A DNA stretch of 63,966 nucleotides, counting the filler, from Salisapilia sapeloensis CBS 127946 (lineage: Eukaryota; Protista; Oomycota), in assembly GCA_023334545.1 (NCBI GenBank). It is 4 parts of 4 records of this genome, joined end to end, with 100 filler letters (N's around TTAATTAATTAA, not from the genome) between each part and the next. Parts side by side here need not be neighbours in the genome. Positions count along the whole stretch, not along the records: positions 17,308 to 42,566 come from JAADVB010000253.1; 3 more parts are not named here. One strand, 5' to 3'. Below are positions 21,490 to 31,360 of the stretch, piece by piece. A model generated the notes under the pieces. It was not told the DNA's origin and did no database searches. It was given only the letters and a program-made list of their open reading frames with translations. The translations under genes were made by a program, and so were the position numbers. Numbering within the stretch: the stretch's first letter is position 1; each line of letters begins with the position of its first letter.

Positions 21490-22036
21490 GGTACTCTGCT
21501 TGGTATGTTGTTCGATCCGTGTTTGGAATGTCGTCGTTCATTCGTAGATAATCGTATATTTATGACTAATCAAATTGAACCTTTGGATTAGGATTGATGC
21601 ATACTACAGGAAGGTTGGACATGGTATCCTTGGTTTAGGCCAAGTGCGGATGCTACTTGTAGCTAGTGTCTAAGAGAGAGCAGTACCTTGTCGTTTATTG
21701 ATTCTTGTCCACCTCGTGTATGTTTAGGCTGTATTTTAAAGTAAAAGGCACTGGCGCCAAATGATTAAATTCAAACTGTTTTCCCGCCAATTGATGCATG
21801 GCGTTCCGAGGACTTCCTCTTGCATTGACGCTCTCTCGCTATCTACATCTGCATCTTGTACGAACAAGATTCTGTCTATTATCTGTTCATCAACTAGAAC
21901 CTAATATGAATACCTTCCCGCCATGATCGCAAATGACTAGCATGTCTTGGCGCCATTTTCGAATGATACCGGAAGGAAACGGCTGTGAGTGTTGTGCATC
22001 TCTCGAACAGATCTATTTGTCAGTTGCTTATCTACT

Positions 22037-22372
22037 ATGCAGACCAAAAGCTCCCTTGCATCCGACATTCATCCTCCATCCCGAAGGAATGAACTAGACA
22101 TCTACTTGTGGTCGGATGAATCAACTCTAGAAGCCACTCCATCTCCCCATAAACGACAGAAGATAAACCATCTTCCAGATACCTCTTCAACCACTCCAAA
22201 GCATCTCATCGGAAAAAATTACTGTGGCTGTGGAGAAGACGAATGCAAAGCACATCTCTACAACGACGAAGGCGATTACATCGGCGCCAATCATCCAAGT
22301 CAAAAGTCTCGTGGAAATTTCGCCGACAACGATGAACCAACTCTCTTCCTCCACTACCTCCTCTTATCCTAA
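22037..22372 (+). CDS. Small hypothetical protein (~111 aa)
   Basis: ATG at 22037 opens an acidic, hydrophilic ORF with a KRQK basic patch and a CGCGEDECKAH cluster, lying between two convergently and divergently oriented phosphatase genes. No family recognised. Confidence 0.45.
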   Translation: MQTKSSLASDIHPPSRRNELDIYLWSDESTLEATPSPHKRQKINHLPDTSSTTPKHLIGKNYCGCGEDECKAHLYNDEGDYIGANHPSQKSRGNFADNDEPTLFLHYLLLS

Positions 22373-22508
22373 CTCGTTCATCCAAACCAATCCTCTCAGC
22401 AGCTTGTTCACGTACAAACGGTTCCATTTCATTCGTGCTTACTTTTGCATTCTGCTCTTTGCCTACATAAAACCTGTCTCTTGCGCTCCTCTTTCCTCCT
22501 TTCGCTGC

Positions 22509-24983
22509 CTACTTTTGCACACATAACTCTCTCGATCGCTTAAACAACACGACACACGCCGTCACGTTATCCATCGACCGTTCTTCCTTGACGGCATGGT
22601 CCACCAACGCCTACAACCATTTCATTAATCCTTCTCCCATCTACTTCCAATCAAAGAAAAACATACCTCGACTGCTCGTTGGACATCTCCAAGCTCCACA
22701 AGCTTCCGTCGTACAAAATCCACTGCTGCTTGATCCTTGAACACATCAAACAGTCCGTCGCTCGCTAAGATAACAAACTCGTCCTCTTCTTCCACCTCCT
22801 TCACCGTCACCTCTGGCGTCGCAATGACCAACGGACCGTTCAGCACTTCACTAATCCGACACCCGTCATCCACGTTCTTCACTTCTTCCCCAAGCCAATT
22901 CTCATTACTCTTCGGTTCCTCCACTTCAAACGTCTTGAACGGTGCGTCGCCAAAGGCTCTTGACACTGCAAGCTCCCCCATCACTCGTCCATTCACGACG
23001 AACCCTCCCATCTCACGTATTCGCTGCGCCTCATCCTTCCTACCTGGCTTATGATCATTACTCAGACGCTTCGCGATGCCATTTGCACTTAAGACTGTCC
23101 TTGAATCCCCTACGTTGATGCAATAGAGGTGCTTCCCTATTACACAAACGACTGTCGCCGTGCTTCCCGCCTGTGGTTTCTCTCCTTCCCTCAAGTACTC
23201 TTCATCACACCTTTCAAATGCATCAACAAAGACCTTTGAAATCGCTTCCGGCGACTCGACCGAGCCTTCATGTGCGTAGAAAGCTTCCATCACATGCTCA
23301 TGGAGCGTATCAGCAACATACTGCGACGTCTCGTAGCCGCCATGACCGTCATATACGCCGTAGAAGGATTGTGGCATAAGACCTGCAGCAGATAAGGACG
23401 CAATGTTCAGGTCTTGAATAACCGTCTGCGCGTCCTCCATCTGCCTCCTCGCACCAATGTTACTAAAGACACCAAAGTCGAAGCGAGCGACACTAAAGCA
23501 CGTTTGTCCGATCAAAAGATCATCTCCTAGTTCTAACAAGTACGGACCAGCGTAAGGACCACTGAGACGCATGAACGTCCCGTTGAGACTCTCAAGATCG
23601 TTGAGAAAGAATGAATTCGACAACGTATCGAACCAGATCTCGGCATGTCGACGAGATAGCTCATGGTCCGTGATGCTAATGACATTATCGCCCGCACGTC
23701 CGATGCCGGCACCACCCGTCGGGACGACAAAGACCGTACCGACGACTGGGCCAGTAAGAGCTTCCAACGTCAGCTCTTGCTTCGTATCCGAGACGTGTGT
23801 GACGAGGAAGTCAGTGGTACCAACGCGGAAGCTCACGTCGACGTCTAGCGGCCATTGCATCTTATCCTGCATGTCATCCACTTCCGGAGGTGGTGGAGGC
23901 AGCTTGATAAAGGTCGATGCGCCGAGAGACGTGCCGACTTGATCTCCTGCTGTAATGAAAAATCTACCTCTTGTATATTCAATGAACGCATGTCTGTCTT
24001 CGAGCATCATCTTATCTGCTGGCACACTCGCGACGTTTTTCACGCCACGACCAATCGCTCCACCACTCGTATCGAATTGAAAGGACGTGATGACATCTTC
24101 ATCGTTAAACGACGTCATTTTCAATACGACAAAAGGCCATGGCTGACCATCTAGTTCGACCGTCTCCTCTTGTTCGACTGGTATACTACTATTCTGATTA
24201 AAAGCAGAGGCAAGGACCGGGACGTGGGACTCTGGATCTGCCTCCGAGTCCGATGAAACGTGTACCGTGTCAGGTACGAACATTGCGTTGGATAATTCGT
24301 TCGTCGAAGTTAATGCAGTAGCAGACCCTGTGAGCGTGCTGTGGAAAATCGAGTTCACGGATGTCGTGCGTAAGAGACGATGGACACCAGAGTTCTTGGC
24401 TCGAGCAAGACTCGCTGCTTTACGAGAATCATACGAATCTACTTGCATATCAGAACCTCGATGTTTATCGTGATGATAGGAACGTACTTGGAGGTAAATG
24501 TACGGATCGACGACGTCGGTCAATGTCTTCATACTTGCGGACGACACCTAGAGGAATAGACACGATAAGTACCTTGATAAGCATAGCATCACGAGCATGC
24601 AATCGTCTATCGAATGCCATGGCATTCGATATGTATAATATTGCTAGACTAATGTCAGGATGCATTGGCCTTGATATAAAGTACAAACCATCGACTACGA
24701 GCATCGTGGCGACCGAAAAGACGGTGCCAACGAGTGCCCAGACCCAGTCCCTCCATCCAGACGATGGACGAGTTGCTACGATACATTTTCCATATCGTCG
24801 AAAAAGCAACGTACGAGAGGATACGATCGAGTCCAATCGACGTACATATACACAAAGAGATCACATATTAATTTTCACGTCGCTTCCCATGAAACATTGG
24901 CACATACCGATCTTGGTCGGCAGGTCGTTCGAGGAGTGGCCATTGGAGCTACTATGAGAACTCGATGGCAGTTGCTTGGCCAT
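22509..24983 (-). CDS. PP2C phosphatase with two FHA domains, multi-exon; 5' exon structure uncertain
   Basis: Degenerate FHA (GGAIGRG...DRHAFI) and canonical FHA (GIGRAGDN...SRRHAEI...SLNGTF). PP2C motifs MEDA, YGVYDGHGG, GSTA, NVGDSR, DHKP, LAVSRAFGD, ILASDGLFDV. A final intron then ALVDHAVKEERSMDNVT...QK* ending at 22509. Candidate start MAKQLPSSS at 24983. Confidence 0.85.
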
Positions 24984-25260
24984 TTTCTCCAAGCTTTCTT
25001 CTTTATCAAGCAAGTTCCGTCGATAGGAAGCACAAATAGGCTCCGAATGCCACTGCGTCGATTGATGGAAGCGAGGCGAAAATAACTCTCTCCCACTTTA
25101 TCACAAGCTTTTACACTTGCAACTTGTATGCGCCACTAGGTACTGTATAGAGGTAGGTTTACCTGAGAACGAAGGCAGATGACAATGGCGGACCACGACA
25201 TGGACATGTAGATGCACGCGAGTAGCCAAATAGGAACAAAGTGGTTGGTTTATTAACTTG

Positions 25261-26342
25261 TTAAACGTCTTCAAGTCCACTTGCACTCGTTCTTCGTACG
25301 ACGATCGTGGTAGAGGACGCACGGAACAAGTACGACTTGATGCGATGGCATTTCTTCAATGCCTGATTCTTGCTTCGGGAATCCAATACCGTTAAATGAG
25401 AATGGTCGTTGAATTCGAAATGCACCTTGTAGCTACGAGTGTCCACGTCGCCACTAAATTCGCCACAAGCTTCGACTCGAATGTCGACAATGTCCTTCAA
25501 GTTTCTCTCCGTACATCTTGTACCGCGTAGCATTGCAATTGGGAGGCAGCAAGGTTTCGTCACGGTAACGAATAGCTTTGAATCGTCGTGACTTACCACT
25601 AAAGTCTCGACACGAGCGCTGATGATAATCCCCAACGCGCCTATATACAATACAAGCGCGACAATGTACTTCCAACCATCACTCGGATCTCGCGGCTTGA
25701 GGTCGTGGAAATCACGCTCGGCGTCGATTTCCGATCCAGCGTGATGCACACGATCGAGGAAGATTGTCGTGGCAATTGTAATCACGAAGCCTAAAGCCCA
25801 TATTGTCCACGGATAATTAACGATGCGTAGCTAGACATTGATGTATCCATAAGTTTCCAATGGAAATGCTGTCGAATATAGTTACATACATCTCCAATTA
25901 CGTCTTCCTGCTCTTCGTACAGGTTATCAAAGTCCAACGAACTACGTTCCTACTCATAAGTATGTCAGTAGGTGTTTAGAGCAAAGTATTTCAAACATAC
26001 TCGGCTGAGCTGGCCCCATCGCGTCTTTAACTTTCGACGCCCTCGCTTCTCCTTCCTCTCCAATGCCCTTCGAAACCTTTCCGATTGTAGAATAACTAGC
26101 CGCTTCTCTTTCGACATGGGCTCCGTCGACACGTCCGAGCCATCTGAATTGACCGACTCAACATCTCGAAGTTCCAATCCTGCCCTCGGGTGTTGATTGA
26201 TCTTTGAGCCAGTGTTCTTATCCACGGCATGAGCAGGTGCACTTGAACTGGAAGGTTGGGTCGGAGAGGAAGTAGTACGATTGTCAATGTCTTTTGTAGA
26301 TGCCTGGCTATTATTTAAAGCGGAATGAGGAGTGGTAGACAT
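25261..26342 (-). CDS. Hypothetical two-TM membrane protein, multi-exon
   Basis: The hydrophilic 5' ORF (26342-25965) contains a GTATGT donor. The 3' ORF has two hydrophobic helices (WTIWALGFVITIATTIFL; YIVALVLYIGALGIII). No family recognised. Confidence 0.6.
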
Positions 26343-26490
26343 GATCTACGTTGACTATCCTCAGTCTGCCAGCTCAAGTATGAGATAGCTGGCTCAAAAG
26401 CAGTTTCGTGGTAACCAACTAGGGATCAACGAAACGAAAATAGCTACTTGTATCTATTTGATCAGCTCTTCTTTGCATGCTTCTTCAAGG

Positions 26491-27669
26491 ATGCGGAGCT
26501 TGGCTCAATTGAAAAAGGAGCTAAATGATCTTGGCATTTCAACTTCGACAGGAGGATTGAAAGGCGATGATCGGAGGAGAGTCTTGGAAAGACGATTGGT
26601 GACAGCCCAAATCGGTCGGAATATCTCTGCTCTTCATGTAGAATCAACATCAAAGACAGAGATAGATGATGCATCGAATTCAGTATCAGCTTTAGACAGC
26701 CATGAAAGTCTTCAGGAACTCCAATCCCTTTCACTGACAGCGCTCAAGCAAAGATTACTGGCACTGGAATGTAGCGTAGAAACACCAGACATTAAAGGTG
26801 AAGCACGCCGTCGATGTTTACTACAGCGACTACTAGAGGCCACGCGTAACTCATACGATACATCCTCAGTAGACGAGAAACAGACAGAGAGGGAATATTT
26901 GCCTCCTAGACGAACCTCGGGGGTTGCTAGTAAGGGCAAGTTACCACGAGATGAAACGTTCTTGTTTGTACCAGACCAAGAGCCCGTGGAAGATGTTGAT
27001 ATCACAAATAGGAAAGCATCAATACCAAGCAAAAAGAAAGACGAAGCGGTGTCTAGAAAGGATATTCTATGCGACTTGGGCCTTAGCAATCAAAACCTAG
27101 TGCATCCACGGCCAGCGACTGCTTTACCTACCGATGCAAGATCAACCCGAATGGCAGAGCTACAAGCTGAACTACATTCGCTTCGGTCTAAACTGCACAA
27201 TCAAACGCAAGAACGACTACAGCGAGCAGGGATTACGTCTAACTTACGGGAACTATCATTCAACATGGAGAAGCTAGAGATAGAAAGACGACGGATTGAA
27301 ACTGGACAAGGAGCTCCAGATGACTTGGTCGTATCCACTGTCTTGTCTTCATCACCGACGTGTCCATTGGAGCTCCTCCGAGACGACGCATGTAGACTAA
27401 TCCAAGCCAAGCAGAAGATCCTGAGGCATCAAGTGTTAAGGACGAAACAAGCATGGGATATCGTCCGCTCTAGTGACTCGGATGCACTTCAGACGAGTGA
27501 CGATCAAATCTCTCGCGATGTCTTGACAAAGGTCAAGGCAATCGAAGCAGAGCTTACTCAGCTCCAATCCGAATACTCGAGCTCGGTAGCTGGTTTCATA
27601 CCACATCCTCTCGTCTCTCGACGAAAGGCCAAGTCTAGCTCCAACTTACCATGCTTCGTGCCTGTCTGA
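26491..27669 (+). CDS. Hypothetical coiled-coil protein with two SAP/HeH-like motifs
   Basis: SLAQLKKELNDLGISTSTGGLKGDDRRRVLERRL and SLTALKQRLLALECSVETPDIKGEARRRCLLQRL are an internal repeat resembling SAP helices. The C-terminal half is coiled-coil-like. Confidence 0.6.
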   Translation: MRSLAQLKKELNDLGISTSTGGLKGDDRRRVLERRLVTAQIGRNISALHVESTSKTEIDDASNSVSALDSHESLQELQSLSLTALKQRLLALECSVETPDIKGEARRRCLLQRLLEATRNSYDTSSVDEKQTEREYLPPRRTSGVASKGKLPRDETFLFVPDQEPVEDVDITNRKASIPSKKKDEAVSRKDILCDLGLSNQNLVHPRPATALPTDARSTRMAELQAELHSLRSKLHNQTQERLQRAGITSNLRELSFNMEKLEIERRRIETGQGAPDDLVVSTVLSSSPTCPLELLRDDACRLIQAKQKILRHQVLRTKQAWDIVRSSDSDALQTSDDQISRDVLTKVKAIEAELTQLQSEYSSSVAGFIPHPLVSRRKAKSSSNLPCFVPV

Positions 27670-28220
27670 GCACCATCATAACGTCCACCCTGTAATGTGG
27701 CTTGATTAAAGAGGGAGTTTGTCTACCTAACGCTTCAATACCAACACCCGGCTACTTTGTTACTACGCATATACGAATATCAATGACGGCAGTACTAACA
27801 GAGGTGACTTTCGAATTGAAGATCTAGTCGGCCGAACGACAAGAGTGTCTGTTATTGCTCAGGGTACCATCACTAGCTTGAGTATTTGTGACTCGGATTA
27901 GAGTAAAATACACACGCCAGAACCATCCGGTTGTCCATCGTCACATTGTACCATCTACTACACTTGGTCTCACTCTTGGTCTTGTCCTGTGTGAAGAAGG
28001 CGAAAGCTAGGTCTAACGTTCGTCCTATTCCTTCTCCCGCTGCATTACCAGCCTTTGGTACGAGTCCTTCCAATCCCCTATTTTTCCCAATCTTCCCATC
28101 TTACCACCCACAATCCCACCGTTCATTATTAATTTGTGCTACGACTGCTTACTGTCTACTTGTAGCTACTAGAGCAAGGCCTCACTTATTGGACCGAAAG
28201 CTCCGTAAAGTGCATATAAC

Positions 28221-30194
28221 ATGGCCAAATGGAGCCGAGTCATCTTTCTGTTGCTCGCGCTTGTCCTAGCTTTAGCTCAAGTAAGTCTAGTAACTTGTCA
28301 GTCCGATGGAAATCAAACCACGGACTTTAACAACTCACAGTCTTCCGCTACACAAGAGCCAGCTACTGCTGCTCCGGAGACTTTCCAACCTGAGCAAAAT
28401 ACTAACCAAGAGCCACCTATACAGGCTCAGGACCCAGCAGCTCCCGCCGAACCAGCAGACCCGGCCCAAGCTAATCCACCACCCGAAGGTGTGCCGCCAG
28501 CGGACACGCCAGTGCCTCAGACGCCAGTACCAGGAGAAACAGCGGCACCTGTTGCACCGCCACCTCCAGCAACACCAGTGCCGCCACAACCAGATCCAGC
28601 TGCGACGACGCCACCGCCGCCAGCACCTGACCAACCAGAGCCACCAGCTCAGGAGACACCGCCTCCTGATGCTGATGGAGCTGCTCCACCCAATCCGGAT
28701 ACACCACCTCCAGCTCCTGATACACCTGCACCGTCGCCGACACCAGACGACATTACAACGGCTATTGATTTCTCAGGCATCTACTCTCTCGTTCAGTCAG
28801 GCGGAAGCAGCGAGGCGGCAGATGATGGTATCACAGACACCACTGGAGAGGACGGTACAGGTGCAGATAACGCTCCTGATACACAGGAAGAGGAAAACAC
28901 AGACACTGATACTATAGCCGATGAGAAGGATGCGGACGAGGAGAGTCAAAGCTCTGCTACTGGTGTCAGTGTATCTCAAGAACGTGATCACGGAGCTTCC
29001 ACTGGTGTCCAAGTTGCCATTGGACTTGGTGGTGCAGTCGGTATCGCTGTCGTCGCTCTCATCTTCGTAACGTCAAGAGCTCGTAAGCGCCGTCTAAAGG
29101 AAGAAGACGATAAGTACACGTACAACGTGAAACCGAGTACGAACGACTTGAGTAATTCGGCTATGAACGGTCCAGCGACGATAGGGACATCCACGATGCG
29201 AGCAAGTTCGTCAATTCCGTTCGAACCACATCGAACGCCGTCAGGACAAGATCCTCCAATGAACCAAGTGAACAGCTACGTCCCATCTCCGAAGCAGGGA
29301 GCTACATTCGATAATTCGGTCGACTATAACGACCCGCACTTTGACGTTCTTACGCCTGTGAGTGACATTGTTACTGCGGAAGCAGATACCATGTCGTATC
29401 GGGAGCAGGAACAAGATACGCCAATACTTGATCGTGCGAGCGAAAGAGTCGATGAGTCCATGATGTCGTCGCAATCCTACTTGTACGACAAGTATCGCTC
29501 TACTTCGATGAAAGACTCGGTGCCGGTTATGTCCGATGATTTCTCTCAGCGTGAGAGTAGCTTCTCGACGGTCCATAAGGTACCAGCCCGTCCGTCTGTA
29601 CAGAACGATAGTCGAGCATGGGAGGAATCCGAGTTTAATTTGAAAGAGTCGGACATCATGTCGGACGAAGGTGAGTCCAAGCGGTTTGAGACGAGTGTCT
29701 TTAGTGATGGAGAGGACTTCCCGGATGCACCAGAGCAAGGAGGTGGCTTCTCGGAAGTCATGCGTGGTTTCCAGTCTGAAGCGTCGTCGGACTTTGGTGC
29801 TCGATCGAGCGCTCGACCGTCCTATATGGACAGCTACGTGCAGAGCACGCGAGACACGAGTCGAAGTACGGCTGTAAGCAGATTCCAAAGCGAGTTCTTG
29901 CGTCGATCATCTGCAGTCGAGTCGGACTGTAGTCGTCTAACGATGGAGGAAGTGGACGACGGTCACAACTTCCGGCCGACAAACCTTAGCGAAGACAGTG
30001 CTTTAGATGGATCTGAACGGTCCTTCCGATTGTCTGGAAGCCAACCGCATCCAGAAGGTGGACGTCACACAAGGAGTAACACTATGATCAGTGAATTGGA
30101 GGAAGGGAACGAACGGATGAGCTTTGAAAGTGATGATCGACCTCGTGGCACGAGTGTCTGGGAATCAACACACAAGTTCGAGTATGAGGTATAG
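28221..30194 (+). CDS. Type I membrane protein with a Pro/Ala/Thr-rich mucin-like ectodomain and a long Ser/Asp-rich cytoplasmic tail (657 aa)
   Basis: Signal peptide MAKWSRVIFLLLALVLALAQVSLVTC; PAAP/TPPP low-complexity region; single TM VAIGLGGAVGIAVVALIFVT followed by SRARKRR. Confidence 0.8.
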   Translation: MAKWSRVIFLLLALVLALAQVSLVTCQSDGNQTTDFNNSQSSATQEPATAAPETFQPEQNTNQEPPIQAQDPAAPAEPADPAQANPPPEGVPPADTPVPQTPVPGETAAPVAPPPPATPVPPQPDPAATTPPPPAPDQPEPPAQETPPPDADGAAPPNPDTPPPAPDTPAPSPTPDDITTAIDFSGIYSLVQSGGSSEAADDGITDTTGEDGTGADNAPDTQEEENTDTDTIADEKDADEESQSSATGVSVSQERDHGASTGVQVAIGLGGAVGIAVVALIFVTSRARKRRLKEEDDKYTYNVKPSTNDLSNSAMNGPATIGTSTMRASSSIPFEPHRTPSGQDPPMNQVNSYVPSPKQGATFDNSVDYNDPHFDVLTPVSDIVTAEADTMSYREQEQDTPILDRASERVDESMMSSQSYLYDKYRSTSMKDSVPVMSDDFSQRESSFSTVHKVPARPSVQNDSRAWEESEFNLKESDIMSDEGESKRFETSVFSDGEDFPDAPEQGGGFSEVMRGFQSEASSDFGARSSARPSYMDSYVQSTRDTSRSTAVSRFQSEFLRRSSAVESDCSRLTMEEVDDGHNFRPTNLSEDSALDGSERSFRLSGSQPHPEGGRHTRSNTMISELEEGNERMSFESDDRPRGTSVWESTHKFEYEV

Positions 30195-30387
30195 ATTCTA
30201 GACAAGTTGTATAAGGCATGATAGGACTTGTGTAGGCTGTATATGTGTAAAGACAACGAAGATTTTTGCAAACTACATGGTCATGCGTTCATTTGGATAG
30301 TTTAGGAAGAGGTCCAAGGCATCTTGTTCCTAGCGAATGGCATCAAATGATTGCATTTTAAGAGAAAAATTTGTGACGAAGAGTAAT

Positions 30388-30573
30388 CTAGTAACCACGT
30401 GGGAGCCATCCGAGGTTCTGCTTCTCCATGTCTTCCGGTGTGATTCCACCACGCTTGTCCATCGTCTCGTGGTCCGGGTACTTGATACCGTACGGACTCG
30501 GGAATGCGGAAACTTGGGTCATGGTCGCCATCAGGGCAACGGATACTGCAGCAACGAATGTAGAGAGCTTCAT
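30388..30573 (-). CDS. 61-aa secreted peptide precursor (peptide C)
   Basis: MKLSTFVAAVSVALMATMTQVSA-FPSPYGIKYPDHETMDKR-GGITPEDMEKQNLGWLPRGY*. Clear signal peptide, dibasic KR site and an upstream Inr element. Confidence 0.75.
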   Translation of the reverse strand: MKLSTFVAAVSVALMATMTQVSAFPSPYGIKYPDHETMDKRGGITPEDMEKQNLGWLPRGY

Positions 30574-30611
30574 GTTCACTTCTGGTCTTGTGAGGTTCGG
30601 ATGAAAGCGGA

Positions 30612-30627
30612 GGATTAAGAAATGAGC
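30612..30627 (-). promoter_or_regulatory. Inr-like core promoter of the peptide C gene
   Basis: GCTCATTTCTTAATCC on the minus strand, about 40 nt upstream of the ATG at 30573. Confidence 0.5.
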
Positions 30628-31360
30628 CGGAGAGATACAGCGAGTGTCCACGAAGATCAGTTGTCCGGGTCTTTATGGAACATATTCGCAGCGGTAGTTA
30701 CTTTGAGGTAGCAACAGGTGGTTGAAGCGAAAGTGTAGGGACACTTGCTGAGTTTGGCATAGTACCCAACTTCATCTGATAACTATCTACTTTTGGTCTC
30801 ACTCCATTCCTCATGGGAAGCATCTGGCTCTTGCAAAAGTATTTTGGTGTCACGGATAGCGATATCATAGACCACATATCCTTATATCGATTTTGACGAT
30901 CATGCCACGATGATCACCACGTTGGATTTGGCATGTCTTGGCACGATAAGATGCACACAGCATATAGTAACTGCTTGGACAAATAAAGTTCAAACTTATA
31001 AATGGAAGAAAAGATGATCCTGTGATGCAGAAAGGAAAGTATCAGAAAGCAAACGTCGATCTGGACGAGCAACCTGACTGGAAATAGTGGGAGCAACGGA
31101 TGTGCATGCTGATTAGAACAAACGCGATGGGTGCCACGATCTTTGAATCGGAACATGAAAACGGGTGGTCATAACTTTTCAATCCACGCTCGTGCATCAA
31201 TCGACAGCTCCTTACCACATCCTAACAGATAGAAGATCGATACAACATGAGTGGTAACCTTTCACACGAAGAGATCGCAAATTCCCAAGTTACCACATAT
31301 ACGGCCTATCCAAACTCTTTTGAACGAAAAACGCAAGGTATCAAGTCTTTCCTATTCCTC

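Noticed and set aside
29241-29888. 215-aa minus-strand ORF
   Set aside because: It is antisense to the cytoplasmic tail of the mucin-like gene and has no recognisable features.
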